Below, piece after piece: positions 1 through 13,129 of a DNA stretch of 64,000 bases. The stretch is from NCBI RefSeq assembly GCF_009914755.1, contig NC_060926.1, one strand, 5' to 3'. Source of the DNA: the human T2T-CHM13v2.0 reference genome, Homo sapiens. Both the position numbers and the translations under genes were made by a program. The notes beneath the pieces are model-generated. The model was not told where the DNA came from. It saw only the letters and a list, made by a program, of their open reading frames with translations, and made no database searches. Positions within the stretch are counted from its first letter, which is position 1. Each line of letters opens with the position of its first letter.

Positions 1-24
1 AGTATGCATTTTACCTACTAGTAC

Positions 25-165
25 AGCAGGTTCTTGACTAACACAAGACAAGAGAGGTGTCTAGAATGCAAAATTTAAAGAGGCTCTTACTCTGTGCAAT
101 TGCAGGATCAGCTTGCACAACACTGAGAATGAGTGGCTCCTTAAATTCTGTACAACAGGCATAAT
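25..165. mobile_element. MER91-like palindromic hAT MITE (related pieces at ~55930-56030 and ~63930-64000)
   Basis: GCAAAATTTAAAGAGGC...GCTCCTTAAATTCTGT inverted arms. Confidence 0.6.
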
Positions 166-432
166 ACTCTCTGTATGGCATTCTTATTAAGTAAGGGAGT
201 CGCTTCAGTAAGACAGGTATTGCATTCATTAGCCAATTCAGAAACACTGACAAAAAGCCTATCCAGTGTTTCTGATTACCAACATAGTAGGTCCTCCATC
301 ATAACTAATGAATTGATGAAGAAAACCTAGTCCAGATTTTCTTAGTGAGATGGAAAAAAAAAAAATCTATAATGGCTTCTAAGGAAAACATGTCTCCTAA
401 GAATTTTATTGGTAGGTCACAAAAGGTTCTCT

Positions 433-763
<331 letters not shown>

Positions 764-2480
764 TCCGAAGATGATAAAGTTATCACCTCCATAGAAGGAC
801 AAATCACACGTTAAAAAGACACACTACTGGGAAGTTAAAGAAGATTGAAATTAAGGAGAAAGCCATTCATCATAGGATATCTAAGTTCAATGACATGCTC
901 AGAAATAAGATCTACGTAAAATAAGGATTTATAAGAGCCTGAAAGATATCAGGAACTAATGATTCAAGAAAGATGGTGTCTAGCCTTTATAACACCTTGT
1001 CAGACCATATATGCATACTGGTCTCTATGCTTATTTCTCCTAGAGTCTGCCTAAATGAGCATGAGTCCATTGCTTATCTTTTGTAATTGTCTCTCAGAAG
1101 TTGTAATAGTTCCCCTTTAGCCAGGGAATTTAGTTTTTTGGCAACAGACTCTCTGCCTAAAGAGCCAAAAGCAAGATGGCCAGAGGGGACCATATCCATC
1201 AAGCAAGTGAAGAGTGACCAGATAACCAGTAGTTAAGGAGGGAAATCATAATTATATTGAAGGGATGGGATTACAGGAAGACTGAAGAAAGCTTTCCCTA
1301 CCAGAAACAGGGAAGGACTTCAGAAGAGAAAAGAATGGAGGCTTTAGTTTAGAATGTGTGGACTTCAGGTATTTGAATACAGATACAGAAAAAGGATTAA
1401 TTCTATACATACTTTTTGAGTGCTTATTATGGTGCCAAGAAAAATAAAAACGGTAAGACCTCATCTCTACCTTTGAGGAATTCAGAGTCAAATTAGAAGA
1501 CATATACATAAATAAACAATTCTATTATACTACGGTAAGTGCCATGATTGAGGAACATAGAATTACATTCTTCCTGGAGGTGGTGGTCATTTCAAAAAAC
1601 ACTTGACAAGAAGAAAAGTGAAAAAGAATGCTGGGCTAGATATTGGCAGTTAGACCTAGATTTGAATTCTGGCTCCATTTGGGTCACTTGAACCACTTAA
1701 TCTTCTAAGCTTCAATTCTCATAGTGGAAAAAGGAAAGAATAATCCCCAATATCTTTATTTTACAATGTAGTTGTAAAGATCAAATGAGATCACATATAT
1801 ATGAAAACACTTAAGCTGTGAAGTACTGTTAAAGCATATGAAGATATATTTTAATTACCAATTTAATAAAAGACATAGTACTAGACAAAAAAAGATGGAA
1901 TTTGTATGCTTCTTAGTTAACTTGAATTTGAGATACTTTTATTGGTAAAAGATCTAGTGAATCAAATGATGCCAATGAGAATAACTACCAACAACTATCA
2001 ACTTATTAGGTGCTAGACCTGTGCTAAATGCTTTACATGAATTACTTAATTTTCGCAATAATTCTGTGTATAGTACTATTTTCCACATTGTGTGGGTTCC
2101 AGAGTTCACAACTTAAACTATTATGCTATAATACATTCTAAGAAAGCAACAGAAGAAAAGATAGAAAGAGCCTGGGATAGCAATAATATCATGGATCCAC
2201 TACAATTACTCTTGGGTTGTCTAGATTTCTTGTTATATGAGAAAAATCAAGCTTTTTGTGTTAAGCCAGTGCAGTCCTTAATAATGTATGCTACAGAAGA
2301 GAGAAGATAAAGAAATCCATAAAGTTTCCTTTAAGTTCTTTGCAGGATTTAAAACAGTTAATCCAAATTTAACACTGTTAAAACTGTTAATCCAAAATTT
2401 CCAATTCACTTCAAGGGAGAACTAGAAGACTTGTGTTTTAAATAGTTGACTCAACTACTAAAGAAAAATGTGTCACTCAC

Positions 2481-2544
2481 CCAACAACTGCATACTGTTG
2501 TCCCTCGACAATAAGAACTTCAGCTGGTTTCCTTTCTTCTGTGG
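2481..2544 (-). CDS. VPS54: VPS54 coding exon ~16 (64 nt; ATEERKPAEVLIVEGQQYAVVG)
   Basis: ctctgtag|CCACAG...GTTGG|gtgagt. Confidence 0.95.
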
Positions 2545-3339
2545 CTACAGAGTTAAGCAAATAAACGAGAGACAAGAGTACCAGACGAAACAAAATAGAG
2601 AAAAAGCTGAAGAAGATAATTCCTGTTTAAGGCCAAAAACTCTCATTTCTGAAAATAAACATCTACTTCCTGGGAAACTATTTGGCACACAGTAAATAAA
2701 GTATACTGGAAGTTGGAGAGATTTGGATTTGAGTACCAGTACTACCAATTACTGGATACATGACTTTGGGGCAATTATTTAACCTCTTTGAGTATCACTA
2801 TCTGTATCTATTAAATGTGAACAACAATATCTTTCAGGGTTGTTGTTAATGGTAGAAATAATTATCACAAACTGCCTATCCCTTAGGGCTGGCACAAGGT
2901 AAATGATCAGCAAATAGTTTTTTAAAAAGTTATTAGTTTTGGAAAGGCAGAACTAGCATTTAAATTGGTTGTCTTTACTATTATCATTATAGAATACAAG
3001 TTAATTTCTAAATTTGATGGAAAGATTATATATTTAATTTTTAATACTTCAACCCAGACGTTACTTTATTTTCAGCATGTGATATTTCTTTAAACAAAAT
3101 TCAGCATATTGAGGTGAAAAGAACAGTGGACTGGATTTTATCCTGGACACGCCAAATTGATTAGATTACCATGGGCAGCTCATTATGCTTCCCTAAGCTT
3201 CAAATCCCTTTAGGATTTGTAAATATATTTGACTATTTGAGAGCTATATATATTGCAATCACAATTTACTATGTAAGTCAGAAGTATATTTTTTGAGGTT
3301 AAGGACTGTGTCTTCATCACTTCTCTATATTACAGAGAA

Positions 3340-3585
3340 GTGGCATAGCATCGTAGAAAAGAGAAATGGCCCTAAAGTCAGTCTGCCTGGATTGGAATCC
3401 CAGCTCTACCACTTCCTAGCTATGTAACCTTAGACAAGTTGCTTAACCTCTTTGTGCCTTAGTTTCTAAATTTGTAAAATAGGAATACTAATAATATCTA
3501 GCTCATGGACCTGTAAATGAGATAACACATGTAAAATACTTAGAACAAAACAGTGTAAGTAAACACTCAATTAATATTAGCTGCT
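3340..3585 (+). mobile_element. MIR (similar copies at ~5060-5300, 8100-8280, 28520-28770, 42180-42370, 48440-48660)
   Basis: GAATCCCAGCTCTACCACTT...CAAGTTGCTTAACCTCT...GTAAAAT core. Confidence 0.75.
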
Positions 3586-5465
3586 ATCCATTAATCTTCA
3601 TTTCCCCAATGCCTAGCTGAGTGGATAGTAACCCAATTAATTTATCATGGATAAATGGGTAATAATCCAGGATCCTTAACTTGAAAAGAACTAGTAAAAT
3701 GTTAATGGACTTCTAATAGCATACACCTATGCTATTCAGAGAGGAAAACAAAGACTGAGATGAAGCAAGGTATGTAAAAGAAACCTCCTACCATCAATAT
3801 CCTCCAAAGAAGTGAAAATAAGTAGTTCATGTTTCAAACAAAACACATGAGTAATTCAATTATTCCACATTTATGATTTTAATTCAGAAATCATTCTGTT
3901 TGCTTAACAGTGGAATCAAAAGACCATGAGCTGTTCAGGGACAGAAAACATATCCTAGTCATCTAGCACAGCACCTCACATAGAGGGAAGTCAATTAAAT
4001 ATAGCTTGAAAGACTAGATGAGTGATAAGTCTTATAATTTTAAACTAGTGATTTGGAGTGGTCAGAGTGTTTTATTTTTCCATCAGCTCTTGCTACTTGA
4101 ATGCTTTAGTTGTGCCAATATCATACCATCAAGTAGAAAACTCTACCACCCAACACTATTACCTATTAAAAACTGTCATATGACAAAAATTTACTTAATT
4201 CCTTCAATTTTTCTCTGCCCTATATCAACTCATCTATTTTATACTTGTCCTTAACCCTCTTCCCCTTGTCACAGGGGCAGAAGTAGTAGCCTTTCTCTTA
4301 AACTCTAGATTCGATTCCATGCACCTTGCCCTGTAAATCACCCTCTCTCTCTAACTTCTTTAGCTACTATTTCATCACTCACTTTTCCTGCATGCCAAAT
4401 CTGTTGAAAAAGTAGGCTATACTTGTCTACCCTTCCTCACTTTTCCAGTTACTAAGCACTGAACTGCAATTTGACTATCACTCCACTGAATTACTGAGAT
4501 TGCAAATGATCTATGTATCAAACTAATGGTTACTGTTGGTGTTTTACTCAAGTCTTTCTCTTGTAGTCTAGTTGCATTTTGTGCGAATGTGAAGTATACA
4601 ATTTAAAACTTTGATTAAATGCATAAAATCTGAAATAGTTCAACTACCTTCTCTATTAGAAATACTCAAGAATTTCATAATTGTAAATCTTATAGGACTA
4701 TTATAAATAAATTTACATTATTATCACATGATGACTCCACCTGAACTAGGGTACAAAAATATTTCCCAGCCATCTCTTCCACATGAAAACTCTCTCATCA
4801 TTTTACTTCTATGTTCTAGATTTCTCCCTGCCTCTCTGGTTCTTCCTTTTTTGTCTCCTTCATGGTTTTCTTTCTTTACGTTTGGATTTTCGCTATCATG
4901 TAACTACATTACTTGTGATTGCTTATGTATTTTTTGGTTTTGTTCATTAGACTTAGCCTCTTTAAAGCAGAAATACAGCTGTGATCTCTGTCTCAATTCT
5001 GTCTCAATATAGGACACAAAGTAGAAGCTAACTAGCGCTTACTCAATTCATGTATGTAAACAATACGGTATAGTAGCTAAGAACATAGCTATGAAATTAT
5101 ATAAAGCTGGTTTCAAATCCCAACTCATCATTTGTATAAAAATTCCTTAACCCTTCTAAGCCTCAAGCCTCCTCACTGTTACACAAAGAAACAATAGTAC
5201 CTGTATCACAGATCGTTGTGAGAATGAACTGGAGTAATGCATGTAAAGAACATGGTCCAGTGTCTGGCATATGGTTATAACACGCAATAAATATTTGAAA
5301 TAATTATTATAAATTACCATAGTTTTCCTGTCAAGTATTTACTAAGCTGGAAATATTGGTTCTAGCTTTGAAATAGGCATTGTCAACTAAAGAAATATTA
5401 AGCATTAATACAAAATAAATAAACAATATAAAATTGAAAGAGAATGTGTGAATGAATACACATAC

Positions 5466-5578
5466 CTCCTGATTTTTTTTCAGGTAAAGCAATCTTCCCA
5501 TCTGACAGAGAATCAACAAGATCCTGAAATTCTGCAGGAACATCTGCTTGCTTCCAGCGCTCATTGTCTAAGAGGAGG
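5466..5578 (-). CDS. VPS54: VPS54 coding exon ~15 (113 nt; LLLDNERWKQADVPAEFQ...EKKSG)
   Basis: ggactag|CCTCCTC...CAGGAG|gtatgt; contains the conserved LDNERW motif. Confidence 0.96.
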
Positions 5579-6028
5579 CTAGTCCACAGTAAGGAGAAAA
5601 GAAGGTAAACTTTAACATTTCAATACCATCTTCCTTGGTTTAAAAGAAAAGGAAGAAGAGCTGAGTGAGAACATAAGACTTAAAAAGTGCTGAACACTTT
5701 AATAAGCAGGACCAATACTTAGAAAATAGTTCCCTTTTTATATCTCAGCCTAATCAAAAAGAATGATGAAACAATTTACTTAACTTTGAGTGGGAACAAA
5801 AGTCAACTTACTGAGGATCTTCCTGATAAGTACTTTAATAGAAGTAAACATTCTAACTCCACTTTGAAAAGCCAAGAAATGTGATTTTAATTCCACAATC
5901 TGCCTTTAATTAAAAAAACCTTTATCAGGCATTTTCACTGGCCAATTAGGTTTCCTCTTTTAAACATAACTGTGTTTCACAAAGAAAAATGAAAAAATCA
6001 AACAACAGAATGGACATGGTGATGATAC

Positions 6029-6210
6029 CTGAGCTTGGTTTTTCTCTCTTCATGAAACCTATTTACAAACTTAATAGCTTGGCTCTGAAGTGCTCCAAGT
6101 AATGACGTGCTTTTTCTTCCACAGATCTGTTCGGTGTCTAAAATGAATGTTTCCATTAATCTAGAAAGTGTTATGAATTCCATGGAATTTAGCTTCTCAA
6201 GAAAACCATC
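6029..6210 (-). CDS. VPS54: VPS54 coding exon ~14 (182 nt; DGFLEKLNSMEF...HEERKTKL+AG)
   Basis: Overlaps ORF 5998..6183; aaatttag|GATGGT...CTCAG|gtatca. Confidence 0.97.
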
Positions 6211-6788
6211 CTAAATTTTAATACAAAAATCATGAGAGTTAGTGTAACACCAAATTGAGTTATGAAACCAAGTTAGTTTAACGATTATTATAATCTATAT
6301 ATTTTTTATTTTAATAATATTTCCCAATACTTCAGACCCAGAAATTGAGCATGAAATGCTTAAGAAGTCCAAATTTGATTCTGATCCCTTTATAACTAAT
6401 ATAGTAGTTCAAATGAATTTAGGTCATACTATAAAATTTTCACAATGTTGGAGTTTTATTATAAACTTGTTTAACTACATATATTTAGGTATACATATAT
6501 AGACTTACTATATATGTAAAACAACATTAATTTCAAATTAGTTATTAACATATATTTCAAAATGTCATTTAATCATTTATCTGAAAATAATGCTTTAATA
6601 ACTCCTATTTATTTTAGATTACTTCATATCTCAACATCTCCCTAGTAGACCACATCAGTGGTAACACTGACTTTATTAAATGTTAAAAATATAATATGCA
6701 TTATGGGGAACACAGGAAGCAAAGACATAATTCCAGATCTTCAAAATTATTACGTATAAAATATATAAAGCTTTATGAAAATAGCTAC

Positions 6789-6918
6789 CTTTGCTCTTGA
6801 CATGAGAAATTTGACAGCTCGATCATGGCATATATCTGAGGCACTATATAATAATTCCTGGATATTATTTGCCAGCTTTCCTAGCTCTGAGTCAGTTAAT
6901 TTCATATCTTCACTGACC
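6789..6918 (-). CDS. VPS54: VPS54 coding exon ~13 (130 nt; VSEDMKLTDSELG...LMSRAK)
   Basis: Lies within ORF 6750..7019; attttcag|GGTCAGT...GCAAAG|gtagct. Confidence 0.97.
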
Positions 6919-7083
6919 CTGAAAATAACAAAATAAGATTTAGTCAGGGAAAGTTGTAAACATAGTATTCTCCACAGGTGACCTATCAATAAAAAGGATG
7001 AAAAAGCTGTAAAATTCACATTTGAAGAAAAATTCTATGATGTACCAAATATCTTATAGTTTTTATAGTGAAACATTACTTAA

Positions 7084-7392
<309 letters not shown>

Positions 7393-8613
7393 TAAGAATT
7401 TTCATTCTCCACTGTAGTATTTTCAACACTTGGTTCAGACTCCAATTGGAAAGTCTGCAGAAACTATAGCAAAATTAAATTTTTAGATTAGGTACAAGGT
7501 AGTAGCTATGTCAGGGGACAGTTGTGCATAGGCACCTAGGATGATACAGTGGAAGCAAGAAGAGGGAAGGAATGTTATTTCATGACAAACAGGCTCTCTT
7601 TTTACTTATAATTATGAATGAGTATAAATATTCAGTTCAACTGAACTAATATTTACTAAGCATTTACCATGCTTAAGCGCTAGGCACTAGAGGGAATATA
7701 ATAGGTTGCTGCTTTCAAGGAACCTAAACTCAAAGAGGAGTATTTATAAGACATAATGTGCTTTTTTTCAATTTTGAGGGGGAATGTAAAACTTTCTATT
7801 TTTAAACATTTTCCCCCAGGGGCATATATAAAGACCAATGATTCCATGCCATCAGTTCAGTTTAGTGTTACCATGAGCCAAGTGAAGTACCTTAACCTCA
7901 TTTTTCTCTCTTTCAGTTGAATTAAAATACTTTTCAAAGATACTACAAAGAGGCTCTGGTGTATATTACTTTGAGGCAAACTACCATTCTAATTGGTTAT
8001 GGTATTAAAGAAGGTTATTACCTGCTATCCTTCAAAATCATAATATCACCAAATTTGTTTACTAATGCTTCAAAATAACAGAAGAATTAATATTCTTAAA
8101 GTACTCGCAGAAACATTATCTCGTTTCATTCTCACACTCTGAGGTAGGTAGATAAATAACCACCTATGGAGGAGAACACTGAATCTTAGAAAGTTAAAGT
8201 GACCTATCCAAGGTTAGAATATTAAGAGAGTAGAACTAGAACCTAGACTTAGTCTACTTCTAATCGAGTAAGCTTCCTCTGCTCCGACATTTCTATATAA
8301 ACAGTCTAGTAGTATTTCAAAACAGAATACCTGCAAAATTCTTGCTTAAATTTCAAAGTCAACTTTACTACTGAAGTAAATTTTTAATTCCTGAAACATT
8401 ACTTAAAATTTCCCCCATGTAACAGAATGATTAAGGAATTTGAAACTCTTGGCAATATCCTACCAATTCACAAAAATATAAACAGAAAATAGCAAATAAA
8501 AACAACTCAAGTCCTTAAAAAAAAAAAAAGAGTGAATTAATCCAAAAAGCCCAAAGTTAGTTTTTTAAAATAATTTCATTCATTGTAATTCTGCTCTTAA
8601 AAAGATTTTTTGG

Positions 8614-8927
<314 letters not shown>

Positions 8928-8974
8928 TTAGATCTCTAACTTTCACGTCAATAGGGAAAAAACAAACGAATTCA

Positions 8975-9262
8975 AACATAATCCAGCAATTCTACTTCTG
9001 GGTATATATCCAAAATAACAAAGTAAGATCTCTAGGATTTATATGTACACTCAAGTTCATAACAGCACTATTCAAAATAGCCAAGACGTGGAAGCAACCC
9101 AAGTGTCCACTAATGGATGAACAGATAAACAAAATGTGATATATACATATACATCTTGTATGTATATATCACATACATGTGAATGGAATATTATTCAGCC
9201 TTAAAAAGGAAGAAAATTTTGATATATGCTTCAACATGGATGAAACTTGAGGACATTATGCT
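8975..9262 (+). mobile_element. L1MB-type fragment
   Basis: ATCCAGCAATTCTACTTCTGGGTATATATCC...GGATGAAACTTGAGGACATTATGCT. Confidence 0.75.
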
Positions 9263-9759
9263 CTGCAACTCTAATATTTTCCATTGTTTTTCTCTTCCTA
9301 TTTCCTGCCTAGAAAAGTATTTCCTATTCTGTGCCTTATTTGCATTGCAATAAACTTACAAAATTGCAGGTTATTTTGAAGTAAGAAAATAGGGAAAATC
9401 TACCACTAACAAAGTTAGAACGTCAGACGTATTTTTGCATGTTCTATATCAGTGATTCAATTATATACCACAAAAACACTTGCTACAGGAATAGTCAGAG
9501 CCGTTGTATGAAAGAACTAGTTAGACTCACACATATAAGTATACTCAATTCATTGCCCCTTTGGGTTGGGTAGTTCCCAGACATTTATGTGTCTACTGAA
9601 CATAGAAAGAACCATCTACAGAACCTATGCTTCATGCTGTAGGAGGATGCAATTGGGGAAAGCCAGAGAAGGTTCAATGTATAAAGTGAGCCACAATGGA
9701 GGTAGGAGGGGAAGGATAAAAACTGTGAGACTGCATCCAGTTTAAAAGGATCTCAAATG

Positions 9760-11930
9760 GTGTGGCAGAAAGCTAACTATCTTTCAGTATCTGTTCTCTC
9801 TTTTGCCACAATGACAGCTCTAGCTGGGCAAATAGTCCACAAGCTAAAGACTTATTTCTCAAGCTTCCCTTATAGCTAGACATAGTCATGTAATTATTCT
9901 GGCCACTAGGATGTGAGTGGAAGTAATAAGTGTGAATTCTGGATTGTGCTTGTTTTTAAAAAGAAAGAATAAAATATAAACAAATCTACATGAAGGTAAC
10001 AGAGAACTAAGAAATCTAAAATGTATATGGATTTGTAAAAGACCAAGAAGAGTTGAGGCAATCCTAAAGAAGAAAAATTGGGAGAAATTAATCTCCCAGA
10101 TATTAATATGGATTAAAAAGCTACAGTTGCTGGGCATGGTGGTTCACGCCTAGCACTCTGGGAGGTTGAGACAGGAGGATCACTTGAGGCCAGGAGTGAC
10201 CAGCCTGGGCAACATAGTAAGACCCCATCTCTACAAACTAATTGTTTAAGAAAACAAAAGCTATCGTAACTACAGTAACTATGACAATTTTACTTAATGG
10301 TACTGGTGTAAAGACAGAAAAATGAACGAAATAGAGTCCAGAAACAGATACGCCTATCTGAATATTTGATTTATGTCAAGAGTGACATTATAGAGCAGTA
10401 GGAAAGACAGCCTTTTCAATAAATGGTGCAAGGTCAAAAACATATCCATATGGGAAAAAAATCTTAACCCTCATACTAAACATAAAAATCAATTCTAGAT
10501 GGATTGTAGGTCTTAATGTGAAAAAGACAGTAACAAAGTTTCTAGACAGTAACCAGAAAACATCTTCAAGTCTTTAAGGTAGAGAAAGATTTCTTAAACA
10601 GGACACAAAGAAGCATAAATCATAAAGGAAAGTAATGAATCATAGAATTATATTAAGAACTTTTGTTCACCAAAAAACCCAATAAGAGTGAAAAGTCAAT
10701 ACAGAAAGTGGGAGAAGATATCTGCAATATGGACAACTGGCAAAAGGTTTGTGCTGACATAATATAAACAACCTTCACAGATCAAGACAAACCAACAGAA
10801 AAATGGGTAAAGGCCTTGAATAGGCACTTCATAGAAAAGGACATCCCAGAAGCCAATGAATGTATGAAAAGGTGCTCTCCTAACAATCATCAGGGAAATA
10901 AAATTACTACACTTGCAACATACCCAACAGAATGGCTAACATGTAAAAGACTGGCAATATTAAGAGTGAAGGAAGATGTGGAGTGACACAAACTGCTCCA
11001 CACTTCTGAGGGGAGCATAAATGAGTACAACCACTTTGAGAAATTGTTAGGCATTAGCTAAATTGACCATTCACATACTTTGTTTCCAGGTATATATTCA
11101 ACAGCAATGCTTGTAACATGTGCAACAAAGGTATCTAGAAGAATGTTCGTGACAATCCAAAATGAAAATAACCCAAATCTTATCAAAAGTAAAATACATA
11201 CATACATTGTGGTGTATCATAAAATGGATTATTTGTACACAAAAAATAAAATCACTGCTACATGTAACAACCTGGATAGATATCACAACTGTAATGCTGA
11301 ACGAAAGAAATCAGAGACAAAAGAGCAAATATATTATTCCATTAACATAAAGTTTAAAAACTGGAAAAACCAATTGTTTTAATGGTTTCCTATGGGAAGG
11401 AGTAGTGTAGTATTACAGCAGCAAGAGGGGCTTCTGAAGAGCTGGTAAAGTTATAGTTCTTGAGGGGGGTGACAATTACACCAACACATTCACTTTGTGC
11501 TAGTTAATTGAGCTGAGCACTTTATAATTGCTACATTTTCCCATATGTGCCTTATGTTCCAAATGGATCATAAAAGGGCTGAGAGGAAGATGAATACAAA
11601 TGATACTTGAAGATGGAAGGTGGGCTTAGTTCTACCCAAATTACATGGCTGTTGTTAAAATGTTTAACAAGCAAAACAAAGTAAGCAAGGTATCAGCCCT
11701 TTGTCCTCTCCTTCCTGCTGCTACGGATGAAAATGAAATGCTAAAAGCCAGAACAGCCACCTTAGACACAGATGAAAACTACACATGAGAATGGTAGAAC
11801 TGTCTTCTCAGCTGACCATCTCCTACCTCTGAAATGTTACATGAGAGAAATAAAATTTTACATTGTTTAAGCTACAGAGTTTTTACATCTCTTTTTATAG
11901 CAGTTTTAGACTGCACCCTAACTAGTAAAT
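9760..11930 (+). mobile_element. MLT1-type MaLR LTR split into ~9760-9960 and ~11690-11930
   Basis: The 5' part has TTCTGGCCACTAGGATGTGAGTGGAAGT; the 3' part has ATGAGAGAAATAAA...TGTTTAAGCTAC. Confidence 0.55.
9990..11550 (+). mobile_element. Old L1M(C/E) fragment containing an Alu monomer at ~10128-10240
   Basis: Degenerate ORF2 3' motifs (TTTTCAATAAATGGTGC, ACCACTTTG); sits between two halves of an MLT1. Confidence 0.7.
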
Positions 11931-12381
11931 GTGAAAATATCAGCCTGAACACAGAAGAAACTTTATTAATATATAGCTCAGGGTTTGGTTTGTTTGTACT
12001 GAAGAGCAGTGTTATAGCTGACTTTATGCTGTAACTGTGACCTTTATAAGCTCCAGGACCATAAGTTGATTTACATAAAGTACTGAGCTGACCGGTCGCT
12101 CCCAAGATGGCTGAATAGGAACAGCTCTTGTCTACAGCTCCCAGCGAGATCGACGCAGAAGACGGGTGATCTCTGCATTTCCAACTGAGGTACCTGGTTC
12201 ATCTCATTGGGACTGGATGGACAGTGGGTGCAGCCCATGGAGGGTGCGCTGAAGCAGGGCGGGGCATCGCCTCACCTGGGAAGCACAAGGGGTCGGGGGA
12301 TTTCCCTTTCCTAGCCAAGGGAAGCTGTGAGTAACTGCACCTGGAGAAGTGGTACACTCCTGCCCAAATACTGTGCTTTTC

Positions 12382-12531
12382 CTATGGTCTTTGCAACAGG
12401 CAGACCAGGAGATCCCCTCCCGTGCCTGGCTCGGTGGGTCCCACACCCACGGAGCCTTGCTCACTGGTAGCACAGGAGTCTGAGATCCACCTGGGATGTG
12501 AGAGCTTGGTGGGGGGAGAGGCGTCTGCCAT
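12382..12531 (-). other. L1 ORF0 homologue (49 aa, truncated) in the antisense-promoter region
   Basis: MADASPPTKLSHPRWISDSCATSEQGSVGVGPTEPG... aligns by eye with primate L1 ORF0 (MAGAPPPASLPPCSLISDCCASNQRDSVGVGPSEPG); the ATG is in GCAATGG context. Confidence 0.8.
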
Positions 12532-13129
12532 TGCTGAGGCTTGAGTAGGCAGTTCTATGCTCAGAGTGTAAACAAAGCAGCAGGGAAGCTCAAACTGGGC
12601 AGAGCACACCGCAGCTCAGCAATGCCTACTGCCTCTCTGGATTCCACCTCCCTGGGGAGGGCATAGCTGAACAAAAGGCAGCAGACAGCTTCTCCAGACT
12701 TAAACATCCCTGCCTGAGAGCTCTGAAGAGAGCTGTGGTTCTCCCAGCACAGTGTTCGAGCTCTGATAACGGACAGACTGCCTCCTCAAGTGGATACCTG
12801 ACCCCCGTGCAGCCTGACTGGGAGACACCTCCCAGTAGGGGGCCGACAGACACCTCATACAGGTGGGTGCCCCTCTGTGAAGCTTGCAAGGGAAGGATCA
12901 GGCAGCAATATTTGCTGTTCTGCAGCCTCTGCTGGTGATACCCAGACAAACAGGGTCTGGAGTGGACCTCCAGCAAACTCCAACACACCTGCAGTTGAGG
13001 GATGTGACTGTTGGAAGGAAAATTAACAAACAAAGGAATAGCATCAACATCAACAAAAAGAACATCCACACCAAAATCCCATCGACAGGTCACCAACATC
13101 AAAGACCAAAGGTAGGTAAAACCAAAAAG

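Noticed and set aside
2351-2396. Short direct repeat AAAAC(A/T)GTTAATCCAAA (similar 14-bp repeat at ~29896-29938)
   Set aside because: Two-copy micro-duplications are common, and there is no array or spacer structure.
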